Below are positions 1 to 11,550 of a stretch of DNA of 64,000 nucleotides, piece by piece. How positions within the stretch are numbered: the first letter of the stretch is position 1; the number at the start of each line of letters is the position of its first letter. The position numbers and the translations under genes were made by a program. Under the pieces are notes generated by a model. It searched no databases, was not told the origin of the DNA, and saw nothing but the letters and a program-made list of their open reading frames with translations. Source of the stretch: Epithemia pelagica (taxonomy: Eukaryota > Protista > Bacillariophyta); assembly GCA_946965045.2 (NCBI GenBank), contig OX337229.1:4092001-4156000 (forward strand). Reading direction: 5' to 3'.

Positions 1-3000
1 GATCAAACTCCAAGTCATGCCATTTCGACCGAAGATCTTCAGCGAGAGAATCGAACCAGTACCGTTTGGGACATTGAAGAAATGAGACCGAGTCTCAAGA
101 GTGTTTGAGCAAAGAGGACAAGTATCGTCGTAATAAGCAGCATAGCGGGATTTCAAATACCCCAGAGGAAGCCAATCGTGAAGGAATTTAATCAAAAAAT
201 GGCGACGAGGGAAGTTGGAATTCAAAGCACGACCATGAGCAGTCCAATCAACGGAATTGAAAACATCCTCGGACCAATCATATTTACTGCAATGGTATTG
301 TCGGAGAGTCTCATAGCTGGCGAGCCTTCTCAAGATAGCCCGGTAATTAGAGTTAATCGAACCGTCCGCGCTGTGGAGCAACGCGTGACTTCCCGCAGTA
401 ATCGGTGCGAGACACGAAGAGACACGTAAAGGATAAGAGTACTCGGCAGCCGCGTGATCCGCGTCGACATTGAGCTGGGCTGGTAGTGGTAACGTAGAAT
501 AGGCTTGCGCTTGGTCTTGATGGCCCTTAATATGACAAATGTGGGGAAGTTCTGCAAACTGTCTAAGTGACCGGGAGATTGCTTGTTGTAGATCCCAATC
601 GGCAGTCATGGTAGAATACGGGAACTCGACGAGCCATTCTAGCCGTTTTTGAATCGTCTTGACCAAACTCTCGGAGTCTGTAAACATCTGTAGAGAAGTA
701 GGAAGAGGACAACTTAAGAACAGACACGCTTGAATCAGATACCGCAGGATTGCTAAGAACGCGTAGCTTTCCGCGCGGAATGAGGACGTTTTGTAACCAG
801 GCGCAGGACCATGAAGTCGAAATAGTCGTTGACCAGTGTCAGTGGAACATACGCAGCCAAACGATCCGACAAAGGAACCAGCCGAACCATCCCTGCTAAC
901 CAACAAGGCAGAAGGCGATTGGAGAAACGTAGCAAGTGCTTCAGTCGAGCACAGAGCGGTGCATTGTGTGCAAAGAGAGCGTTCCCAAGAAGTTAACTGG
1001 GCCATATGTTCACTTAAGGTACTTGGTGGTGGTGTAATCGGTCGTGGTAGCACATAATGGCTAGTGGACAGAATTTTTGCTGGACCTGTCGAAAGCGTCT
1101 GAGCTGGACAAGCCGCGGATGGGACAGAGTGATGAAGAGTCGTAGTGGGCCAGAATGCCATACCATGGTAGTGGTATTCGAGCCATTGACCATTCGGAGC
1201 CGAAACAAATAGACGAGAAGACGGACGGTCGAGATAAGAAAGCCAATTCCAAAAAGTGGAGGATCCACCAAAGTACCATTTCCCAAGCGGTTGAGCTAAG
1301 CGTCTGTATTGGGTAGAACTTAGGAGACTGTTCAAGAATTTACGCCACTTTGTCCACGATTGGGGACCGGGTCTTCGTTGATAGGGAATAAGACCGCGAT
1401 GTTGTGTCAGAATATCCATACGGCCGTCATACGCGGCGCGAGTGATCTTGGATCCTTCGGGGGTAGAAATGTCACTGACAAACGTTGCTCCAAGGTAGAG
1501 ACAACAAGCGTTAATCACTTTCAAATCTGTCGAAGATGTTGTATGGGCAAGAGCCAAATCCATCAAGAATGCGTCTTGTTCTCTCTGGCGGTTGGGGACG
1601 AAGGTTTGCTCGAGTTCAATCCGACAATCAACTTGAGAAAGGAAGGAGCGCATCTGGGGGAGCCATTACATTGGGTCCATATGCGGTAGATTGGTGTGAA
1701 CATCTTCTAGAACAGGAATTCCAGTGCCAGCGAGAAATTGACCCCAGGAAACCATAATTTGAGCAAGTTGATGTTGTACACCTTCGGAACGAATGCAAGC
1801 CAGAAAGTGGTAAACTTGAGCTATGCCACGTTCGACGGATAAAGTACGAAGACCGATACCTCCAAGTTCAGACGGTCCATAGACCACAGCATTAGGCATG
1901 CTTCTGTTGAACCCATACTTGGGCAAGAAAGCTTTCTTGAATTGGCGCTGAAGAGCAGTGCAAAATGAGTCTGAAAGGGTTGACGAAGGAAAAGGGTAGC
2001 ACATACTAGGCAAGTAAATGGCATGGTAGTTGGCCCATGCATCGGTCCTGCTGAAAGGGCTTCGAGCCATGGTCCTGGTGTGACTGTTGTTGCGTTTAGC
2101 CAGAGCTAAGTATAGCCCTTTATTTGTTGCATAAGGCGATTTCTGGACCCCTAAGGTTTTGTGACTTTTGAACGCTGACAACTGGGTCAATTGTGAGCCT
2201 GGAGCACCATCATTGAAGGTAATTGTGATTGTCGGGCCAAATGTACCGGCTTGAAGCAAGGGGAGACCGTCGATGTTAAAGTCGTAGTACATAAAATGGT
2301 ATGAACATTTCTGAGGATTCAATGCACCGCCAGACAAAGCAAGGACATCATTCCACCGTTGTGCGTCTTCTTCAGCTTTGGATATATACTCAGCGGGATT
2401 GGATTGAGTAGGGCGACGAAAGTCGTTGACACTGCCGCTAGTATCGTCCACAAATCCTATCATGTACACTTTTGTCTTGATAGAGCCGTCTGGGGATTCG
2501 AAAAACGCTCCATGGGCGCCTTCTTCATACGTTTCGAAGAGAATGCTAGATACCACGCACCAAATGGCCGGGGAATTTCCTGCACCTTGTCCAGACCCGT
2601 AAATTGGATAGAGTGTACAGTGCTTGTAAAAGCGTTCTGATACTCCCAATTGTGTTTTCAAGTAGTATTTCGCTTGTTCCAATGTTCGAGCGTTAATGAA
2701 CACAATCGAGCGATGCTGTCCGAAACTTCTTGATGCAAGGCTGCCGAACGAGAGTATGATACGATCATAGCACGCCGTAGCGTCGTAGTCTAAGTGTACC
2801 AGTGGACGTTTACTGGCTCTTGAGATCTCATATTGAAACTCCTCACAGAGGGTAGGAATGATAGCGTCGCGTCCTGGGACACCACCGAATTGGGTAGGGT
2901 GCAAAACTTGTTGATTGGTACATAGTTGTATCATTTTTTGCCATTTGATGGCCAAAACAAGATTGTAGTCTTGTTCGTACAAATGGATCACGCGTAGACG

Positions 3001-5250
3001 GTGAATACGCAAGTCGCCTGGTTCTTTCAGGATCATGACATTCACTATGTGCTGCCATCTTGTGAAGGAATGTTGATTGGATAAGGCGCAATTTAGCAGC
3101 GCTACCTGCCATTCGATCAACTCAGATCGTTGGTGTTCAAGTAATGCTCCTTTGGGAGAGAGTGGATCAAGATCGTGACTGGAAATCAAGGCCTTGCTAT
3201 GTCCGAGGTGGTAACCAGAAGGTGAAGTAGTTGTGGATTCTGGCCATGAGCAAATTTTTCCCACCCATTCTTCAGTGCTTATTGTACTTGGGATTGCATC
3301 CAATGTGACTCGCGCTTTCATATGGTTGATCAAGCACTGTTGCATATCCGTTAGTTCATCAGATTGCCAGTCTCCTTCTAAAATCAGTTCGGCCGTATGC
3401 ATCGACGCACCCCAATCACACCACTCCGAAAACGGAGGAGTAGTTGGAAAAGTGCCTTCAGCTTGCCCAAAGTGTTTGCGATTTCGCTGGAGTAAACGCT
3501 CTTCGATCTCTGTTGGAGTGTCGATTGTAATCCAACTAGAGCAATTTTTGTAATCGGTGTGAGTGCTATCTGTCGGAACGTCTAATCGGGTTATCCCAGC
3601 TTTGGGATTCTCACGACATTGCCGCAGTTTTGCGTACATTGCTTTGGTCCTTTCGGCAGAAATCCGGTGCTTGAGTGCTTTTGATTGTTGTTTGTCTCCA
3701 CAATCAATCGCCTCTTGTAAAGCAATCTTGAGCTCATTTTGTCGTCTGTATATTGCAGTCTTTGTCATAGCTTTTATTTTCTGCTGTGTAATTCGACATT
3801 CTGTTTGGCATTCGGCCAATGAAGATGGGAATCCCCCTTGGTATCTGTTCTCTGTCAGATGCGCGATACCAGCGTCAAAGGACTTTTTCAACTTGGCAGC
3901 GGAAATAAGTTTCAGTAACAAGTTCTTGCGTTTTCTGAGTTCAGCCAATTCGGCAACATAAGGAACACCCCTTGGCTTTTTGGAACATTGTTTTGCTGCA
4001 TACTCGCCAGCTCGTTGCCAGTCTTTGTCAAGTTTCTCTGCTGTTTCGGGATCCCATTGTTCATGTAGAGCGGCCAGTCTTTGTGCAAAGTTGTGTTCTT
4101 GACAATATCGGTGTTTCGCTTCGATATACTTCCTGTTGGACGATTTGTCTTTACTCGTGAAATCTCGACTAGAGATCGGTCCAAGTGGTTGAGTGCGATT
4201 CCCAAATAACCTTTCGACATCAAAGTCGATCCTGATATTTCGGTGATCTCCTTTTGGTCGGAATCCAAATGCTTCGTAGTGTCCATTCTTGACAGCTGCT
4301 GCCACCCAGTCGCTGCACAGGACGTAATCGATTCTTTCTCGGCCTTTTACGTGAGTACCAAAGTCAGTGGTCCCGAGTATTTGCCACATTAAATCTTGTA
4401 GGTTGTTGTCGGAACAGAGTTTCGACATGCCAGAGTAAGAGTCTGAAAGTGCTTCATTGAAATCACCAATTAGTAGGATGCCCGAATTGCATGCGATTCT
4501 CTCTTGGATAAAGGTTCCCAGATCTTGGATAAATGCCTCACGGGGAGTACACGTGCGATCCATTTGACGAAGCATTGACATCTGTTGTGCCGAAGACGTG
4601 AAAGAGCGTCTCCTTTGTGTCGTTTCATCGATTATTGTTTGATGGCACACTTGGTACGCCGTGATAATCGTGAAGGTTTTGTTCCCTCTGCAAGAAAATA
4701 CTTGGTAGGCCCATCGTCCCATTGAATCTTGTCCTTGTTTTACTACTCGTCCAGTTGTTTGACCTTGTGTGACTTGTAGTATGCCTCCAGGTTTGTAGGC
4801 GCGTCCTCTTACTGTTGAGATCGAGCTGCTCCCATAGACAATACGAGAGTGTTCTGTGTGTTTTCGTATAGTGTCGTGTAATTTGTTTCTCACGTTGTGT
4901 TGTGTTGTATCCAATTTGGTTTCGTAGATGCACCATGAGTCTACTTCCGAATTGCTCATTTCCAAACAAAGTTCTGCAAAGTCTCCTCTGTCGTGCCCCA
5001 GAGTAAGTCCATTGGGATTGCTCCCGAATACTCTAAAAGTGTTATTGTCTTTCTCTTGTGGTGGTGTGCCAATTGGTTTGTCAAAGTCGAATGTAGTTTG
5101 TGAAGATGAATTGTGGTGAAGTGATGGATTGTTGTGAAATAATTCGTCAGGAAATGTCTCCTGTTGCGTAGTATCTGGCATAGTTGCAAAGTAATGATGA
5201 TTGTGGTTTATGTAGTTTATCTCCGGTGTTGTATTAGGATTTCGACTCAT
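1..5250 (-). pseudogene. LINE ORF2 (APE endonuclease, reverse transcriptase, RNase H, CCHC) with an in-frame TAA at 1668-1666 and a 1-nt frameshift near 75-82
   Basis: APE motifs: CIYETK, LIGDFNE, RIDYVL, GDHR. RT motifs: DATACYDRI, GSGQGAGNSP, GFVDDT. Hand translation after the stop stays open for ~530 codons: WLPQMRSFL..QREQDAFLMD..INACCLYL..PLGKW..DGS..GSFG..SSFRAESYA..FTDSESL..HIKGHQD..AQLNVDAD..CPLCSNTLETRSHF, then a frame change gives QCPKRYWFDSL. Confidence 0.88.
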
Positions 5251-7318
5251 GACTAAACATGCTTTTGTCGGCCAACGACCCGTCGGCGTGCAAGGGCGAG
5301 TTTGGTTGGACCATGCTCACGTCAAGCTTTGTTGGCGTGGCCTGCTGCTGGGGGTCGCTCGAAGGCTGTTGACCCATTTCGTTGTGGCTCCTATTCGGAG
5401 GGTTGCTTTGTTGTTGATAGTTTGTTGACGGTTGTTGTTGTTGTTGTTCTTGATTATATTGTGCAGCAGCAGGTTCATGCTCCATTGGATGCAGCTGATG
5501 GGGCTGTAGTGGCGAAGTTGGTTGGTTTGGTACCGGATATTGTAATGGCATTTGGTGAGGATTATACTGTTGGTGATGTTGCATCGGCGGTGGCGGCATC
5601 ATTCTATGTTGAGGTGTTTGGTAAATCCCTGGATGGTGAACTGGCGGGGCTGGTTGTTGTTGTTGATGATGTACTGGCACTGGTGGTTGTTGTTGCGGAT
5701 AGTAAGGAGCCGGTGCAGGATGCATCTGCATCTGTTGTTGAATCGATGCTGCAACTTGTTGTGAAACTGCTGCCATAATAGATTGTACGAGAGCATCACG
5801 TTCTTGGTCTTGTTTCATTCTTTGTTCTTCCACAAATGCGCGAAATTTGTCTTCTACTTCTTCTACTTTGGAGGTAAGATCTGTCTTCATTCGTTCGTAT
5901 TCCTCCAGACTCACTTGGCTTTTGATTGAGTGGTCGTTCTTGGATGCGACGACAGTTTGTATCGGTACACTACTCGTCCATGCTTGAGTGACTGGTCCTG
6001 TTGACATTGGTGGGCTTGTTAACGACCCATCGTATGATTCTTCGGCAGCTCTAGCGTATCTTTCGTTCATCGCTGTCATGTAGGTAGCGTATGAGCCTGC
6101 ATGTGATGTATTTGCATCATCCTCGTCTTCTTCTTTGCCTTGATTGTTGATCTTGAATGCCAATCTCGGTCCTCCATCTTCATATGGTTGCAGATTCAAA
6201 TTCTGATTGTTCTTCTCAAATTGAACGAGTGCTGCAAGTTCTCGCTTGAACTTTGCTTTCAGAGGTTTGAAGTGTGGCTCGCTTGTATGAACGTTGAAAC
6301 GTCCTTTCAAGTCACTGTCCTTGTGTTTTGTGACACGGATCACTCCTTCAAATGCGCACAACTTGTCTCCCAAAGTCCACATAATGGTCGGATGTATCCC
6401 TGCAATGGGGACGATTCTGCAGTCGCGTAGGTAAGCATTTTGTTCTTTCATGGCGTTGATATATAACTGCTTGTGGGTGTGTCTTGATCTGTGGAAAACA
6501 AAATCCTGATCTTCGACGTAAGTTGCATGAAGTATGTCCAGGAGTGCCTTGGCATCGCTTTGTCGGCACTGGAGATCAAACGCCTTCGTGACGTATCTGT
6601 CGTCTGTGTCCTTGTTGTACAAGATTGGAGAAGAGTAGTTGCAACAAAATTTTGGAATCCTTTTCTTCGGGGTACCCGTTTGAGTGATGATCTTGTTCTC
6701 AACTATGTCATGCATTTCTTCCGATAAGATGTTGCTTGGGTCATACCCAACAAAGAATCCAAGATTCAAAATTCTCATTTCGTCTTCTCTCCACATGTGT
6801 CTTGTCATCTTCGCAGTTCCTGATTTCAGTTTTTCCTGAACCGAAAAATGTTTTCTTACCTCACTAATTGGAATTCGCGATAAAAATCTGTGTATCACGA
6901 CGTAGATCGCAGATCTGTTTTTATTCTTGTTGCCTTTTGAATAATGCAAATCAAAGTGCCGTAAGTACGCGGAGTATGTCTTCAGGGACTCAATCCTTTT
7001 TGCCTTCAGTTGTGTCCCCCGGCTGTCGTAGATTTTCACTTCCGGATACACCTTTGCGATGATTTGTAAGATTGCGTAGTGGTGCTTTGCAACTTGATTG
7101 TTGGCTTGATCGTCCTGCGGTCGGAAAACAAATTTAATCGTGTACTCTTCTTCATCACCTTCATAGACAATCGGTTGGTGGGTCGTCGTTGCTGTTGCTG
7201 CACTTGCATCGTCATCATCGGCAGCGTTGTTTCGGTTCTCTGTTGTAGCAATGCGGTTTCGGTTCTCGTTTGACGTTTCGGTGTTGCGAGACTGAACTCC
7301 AGAGTTGTTGTTAGACAT
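5234..7318 (-). CDS. LINE ORF1 protein (694 aa) with coiled coil and Q/P/H-rich C-terminus
   Basis: Long ORF directly 5' of ORF2. Its stop overlaps the ORF2 start (ATG at 5250, ORF1 stop at 5236-5234). Confidence 0.85.
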   Translation of the reverse strand: MSNNNSGVQSRNTETSNENRNRIATTENRNNAADDDDASAATATTTHQPIVYEGDEEEYTIKFVFRPQDDQANNQVAKHHYAILQIIAKVYPEVKIYDSRGTQLKAKRIESLKTYSAYLRHFDLHYSKGNKNKNRSAIYVVIHRFLSRIPISEVRKHFSVQEKLKSGTAKMTRHMWREDEMRILNLGFFVGYDPSNILSEEMHDIVENKIITQTGTPKKRIPKFCCNYSSPILYNKDTDDRYVTKAFDLQCRQSDAKALLDILHATYVEDQDFVFHRSRHTHKQLYINAMKEQNAYLRDCRIVPIAGIHPTIMWTLGDKLCAFEGVIRVTKHKDSDLKGRFNVHTSEPHFKPLKAKFKRELAALVQFEKNNQNLNLQPYEDGGPRLAFKINNQGKEEDEDDANTSHAGSYATYMTAMNERYARAAEESYDGSLTSPPMSTGPVTQAWTSSVPIQTVVASKNDHSIKSQVSLEEYERMKTDLTSKVEEVEDKFRAFVEEQRMKQDQERDALVQSIMAAVSQQVAASIQQQMQMHPAPAPYYPQQQPPVPVHHQQQQPAPPVHHPGIYQTPQHRMMPPPPMQHHQQYNPHQMPLQYPVPNQPTSPLQPHQLHPMEHEPAAAQYNQEQQQQQPSTNYQQQSNPPNRSHNEMGQQPSSDPQQQATPTKLDVSMVQPNSPLHADGSLADKSMFSHESKS

Positions 7319-7704
7319 GGTGGCGTCGTTAATTCTCGTAGGAGCAGCGGCAGCAGGGGGGGGGGTTCGGCCATGGTCGGCGGCGTTCCGATACAGCCCT
7401 CACACACTTTCTGGTGCGTAGGGCTCGGTACAAAAGCTACTAGTCAGCAGAAAGTATCCTTAAAGGGGCAGAAAGTAAGGCGCTTTCAATTTCGTCTGCC
7501 ACGAAATTGTGAGGTCGGAGCGATGTTTTGCCCCAATGGCATCTAATCGTCTATGGATCGCGTTTCGGTCATCCCACGAATCGCGCAAAGATTGTGTGCC
7601 AAACGAAAGTCGTCGTGTTGTTCTTCTGTTGACACTAAGGCGACGACCATGAGTGACACGGCACTCTTTGTTTCCGTTCGAGTCAACAAAACGTCCATGT
7701 ACCC

Positions 7705-8616
7705 ATGACAACACCCATTGTTGTTGCGATTGCGGGAGGTTCAGGAGCCGGAAAGGTATGTTGTGTAACTACTGTTCAACAATGGTCCCCACCTTCCCCC
7801 CAAATTCTTATTCTCACACTTTCTATAACCGATGCGATTGCATTTGGTTCTTTTCGCTAACATGGAACCATAGACCACACTGGTCCAAAGATTGTTCGAG
7901 GCCTTGGGAGGTGAGGAAAATGTCTGCATTCTTCAGCACGATTCTTACTATCGCCATTTTCCCGAAAAATCCTTTACCGAACGAGAACGGGCCAACTACG
8001 ATCACCCTGACTCCTTGGAAACCAACTTGATGTTGGAGGATTTGCAATGTCTCAAACGCGGTGAAACTTGTCGCATTCCCGTCTACGATTTTGCGACCCA
8101 TGCTCGATTGACACAGACGGTGGAGCTCAAGGCTCGAAAAATTATTTTGCTCGATGGAATCCTCTTGTTTACCCATCCTGAACTCACTCAAGAAATGGAT
8201 ATCAAAGTTTTTGTGGTACGTGTTAGATGGGCTGCATCAACCTTTGACCAGTATTCTCGGTTGGGGGATGATTCATCTAAATGCTCGGATGTGTTTTTTT
8301 CAATGTCTACATCTGACGCTCATTGTTATCTGGATGCTCGCTTTCTACGTTTCGTCGCCTCTAGGACGCCGACGCCGATGTCCGACTCAGTCGTCGGCTG
8401 CAACGCGACACAAAAGAACGAGGGAGATCGGTAGAACAAGTCTTGGAACAATACCATGAAACAGTGCGACCCATGCACAACGAATGGGTAGAACCCTCCA
8501 AAAAAGAAGCAGACATTATTGTACATTCATCCGGTCATTCCATGGATGTTGCGGTGGAAATGATGACCAATCACCTAAAGCTCAAGGCTGGCATGCTACG
8601 CGTTTCCCAAGAGTAG
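7705..8616 (+). CDS. udk: Uridine kinase, 3 exons (7705-7755, 7874-8215, 8365-8616)
   Basis: Spliced product MTTPIVVAIAGGSGAGK|TTLVQR..HDSYY..NYDHPDSLET..IPVYDF..DIKVFV|DADADVRLSRRLQRDTKERGRS..VRPMH..VEPSKKEADII. GT-AG introns; GCTAAC branch site before 7874. Confidence 0.92.
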
Positions 8617-9173
8617 TTCCAACGAAGGAATCTAATAGAGGAAGAGTTAGGCTTTCCTCCTACCTTAGGAGGAGCGTAGCTCTTTTGCCTTACATGCGAC
8701 CAACACTCGACCATCGATCGGGGGATTGTGGCGCGCGTTCGGCGGCGGACCAATCAATTATATGTGGTTGCATTACTTACGGAGCCGTCCGGTCGCGGTC
8801 AGAGCAGAGTTCTTGCGCCTGGACCGGGAATGATCGCATTCATAGACGAAGCTTTCTAAGTAGATGTGATGCACGCCGATTAATTAGGAGTGAAATTTTC
8901 TTATACCGCTGTAACAAACGTTCTGGCTCCCGCGCTTGCCGACCGTTGATTTTCGTAGACTATGTCCTCATTTCTTTATCGTTTTCTCTCGTTTCCCATT
9001 CGGCACGATCTCAATCTCACGTATTCGAACTTCGAACCTCATTTCGTTGTTTGTGTGTGTCGTCTCTTTGACATTGCCTACTCTTTTTTTCAAAGAACAC
9101 AACCTTGTCTACGCTTCCATTGTCATCGGCCACAACGTTGGATCTCAGTCAAGAGTAGGGAGAACGAGGCACC

Positions 9174-11084
9174 ATGTTGGTCTTGGAAACCAACACATGC
9201 ATTCATCATGCGCCAGTCGTCAAGAACTCCTATGGGAAATCCTTTCCATACCTGGGATCCATTTCGGACGGCTCCATGGAGGAATCCACAATGTCTTCGT
9301 CGTCGGCTTCGGACAGTGTGTCAAGGGAGCATGGACAACGTGTCGCAACGTCGTCTGGGTGGAATGATGCTGAGAAATTTGGCCACCTCGGTCAACGACT
9401 GTTTGCTTCCCCCGTCAAATCCCTGAAGCCACCTCCGTTTGATTTTCACAAGACAAAAGCCGCATCAACTGACAAGGATCAACCTGGTGATGAAACAATG
9501 TCGCAAGTGTCCATGGCCAGTGATCCGTTGCGTGATGCTGTCCAACACCAAACGGAGGTAACGGACATGGAAGATTTTGTTGTTCATGTGGAGTCCAGAG
9601 ACCATGCAGAATCGGACGTGGAACATTCCAAGGCTGAAAGTAGCAGTGGATTGGACAATAGTGCCGATTGGACTCTCGAAACCCCCCAGCGAGTCCATGT
9701 TCGTCCCGGTGGATCTGGAGATGGAGGGTTTTCAACGCAAGACCGATTGGAACAAAGTCGACCTACGGGTCGACGTCGACAAGAGTCACCGGGAGACGAA
9801 CAACCACCGGCTTCGCCGCGGCCTCATTCTTCTCAGCAGCCTTGTCCCATGACACCCCGGTTACTGGATTCTGGAAGTGTCCGTGTACTGGATTCTGGAA
9901 GTGTCCGTGAGAACAGTGACGTGGACATGCCTGCCGATTTGGCCGCCTTTTTCAACATTGATATTTCGCGCATTAGCGCCGATGTCGCATCCTCGACTGC
10001 ATTGGACGAACACAATTCTCTTGTACTTGACAGTGAAGAGCAGCAAGCCAATGGCCATTCTCCCTCCACAACTCGCCGTGAGGACAATATCGGTCCTACA
10101 ACTAGTAACGCGAAAAAGTCGGCCGTATTACACAAAGCGAATGTTGAGTCTGGGGCGCGGTTGACCAAACCACAAGCCGACGAGACAAAAAAGACCATGG
10201 AGGAAACGACGCGAGCCGGAACCCCACTTCCAACACACCGGTACAATTCCAGTCCTGCTCTAATGCTGGCCGCGGCCACAACACCTCCTCGATACTCGTT
10301 GCGGTCTCCACAAAAGCCATTTGTGTCATCCTCGTCACCAAAAAGCGCAACATCCACTCTTTCCTCCGAGACTGGAACGGAGGGATCACCTCTTCGACGC
10401 CGACGTGCATTCATTGCCATGAGATATGCTGCCATGAAGCAACGGCAACATCCGTCCAATGATGATGCTGGACAACCACCATCTTTCACACCACCCAGAC
10501 CCAAAGAGCGCAGCACCGAGAAACCCCACTACAACCGAAAAGTTGTGGCAAGTCTTATTCGCAAAAGTAAGAATGCATCAAAGGCTGCCACAGAAGTTGC
10601 GTCTCGGTATTCCATTATGAAACGACAGCAGCGATTTGTACATCAAGAGAAAAAGGATGACAATATGGCGGACAAAGCAGAACAGACAGCGGAATCTTCA
10701 GAGACCAAGGCTTCCATGACAGACAGGATGGAAACGAATAGTTCGACTTCTCCTCCTTTGGAGGGCAAGGGAGTTCCATCGGAACAGTCCGTCACAATGA
10801 CGACTCATTCCGCGACTCCCTCCACACGAGACGGTGGTACCGAGGAGAAGCTATTTGCTTCGCCACCGCAACGAAGGTCTTCTCCTCCACCCTCGTCGTA
10901 TGAGGAACGACGAAGATTTCGAAGTGTGGTACCCGTTCGAGTCTTTTTGGAATCGCCCGACGAGTTTACACCCGAATTTGACAGCTTTGCTACTCCCCCC
11001 AAGGAACAAGAAGAATCCTACGCCGAAATGTTTCACAGAGCGACGAACCAAACTAGTGCAGATGTAAAAGTTCCGCTTTTATAA
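9174..11084 (+). CDS. Uncharacterised S/T/P/E-rich low-complexity protein (first in-frame ATG at 9276)
   Basis: 636-codon ORF; no recognisable domain; contains a 21-bp tandem repeat (LDSGSVR x2). Start uncertain. Confidence 0.6.
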   Translation: MLVLETNTCIHHAPVVKNSYGKSFPYLGSISDGSMEESTMSSSSASDSVSREHGQRVATSSGWNDAEKFGHLGQRLFASPVKSLKPPPFDFHKTKAASTDKDQPGDETMSQVSMASDPLRDAVQHQTEVTDMEDFVVHVESRDHAESDVEHSKAESSSGLDNSADWTLETPQRVHVRPGGSGDGGFSTQDRLEQSRPTGRRRQESPGDEQPPASPRPHSSQQPCPMTPRLLDSGSVRVLDSGSVRENSDVDMPADLAAFFNIDISRISADVASSTALDEHNSLVLDSEEQQANGHSPSTTRREDNIGPTTSNAKKSAVLHKANVESGARLTKPQADETKKTMEETTRAGTPLPTHRYNSSPALMLAAATTPPRYSLRSPQKPFVSSSSPKSATSTLSSETGTEGSPLRRRRAFIAMRYAAMKQRQHPSNDDAGQPPSFTPPRPKERSTEKPHYNRKVVASLIRKSKNASKAATEVASRYSIMKRQQRFVHQEKKDDNMADKAEQTAESSETKASMTDRMETNSSTSPPLEGKGVPSEQSVTMTTHSATPSTRDGGTEEKLFASPPQRRSSPPPSSYEERRRFRSVVPVRVFLESPDEFTPEFDSFATPPKEQEESYAEMFHRATNQTSADVKVPLL

Positions 11085-11550
11085 AATGTCACCACTACTA
11101 GCATAGTCGCGTGCGATATGAAATCCTCACAGATAGGGGAGTGAGGAAAAAGAAGTTGAAAGAACTAGTCAAGGGTGTCTTCTTTCCCAGATATCGAGAG
11201 GTCGGTCCGGGTGAGTCCGAGACTGGGTTCAACTCATGAAATGGCAAGGTCGAAATGGGATCGAGGGATGATACACAAGCATTCACGACAAGGCGTTTCG
11301 CCAACTGGAATCCCAGGGTATTCGTTAATGTTTTTTTGTGGTTAGGCATGGCGTGGATGCCACGGACCACACACACAATTCTTTTGGAGCATTGAGTTTC
11401 ACGACTCTGTGAGTCGTACAACAACAACCATGCAACGAGTCTCACGTTCCATCACACCAACGAAACGACTGGAATCCATCCTTGGCGTCCCAAGGACAAT
11501 AACAACAACAACAACTACACCGTGCTTACCACAACACGAGACCCAATGGT

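Larger units (their letters stand above)
1..7400 (-). mobile_element. Ambal-like non-LTR (LINE) retrotransposon: ORF1 + ORF2 (APE-RT-RNase H-CCHC); 3' end lies outside the window; probably defective
   Basis: Two long minus-strand ORFs overlapping by 17 nt. ORF2 has APE, non-LTR RT, RNase H and Zn-knuckle motifs in the order known for diatom Ambal elements. The 5' boundary (~7400) is approximate. Confidence 0.9.
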
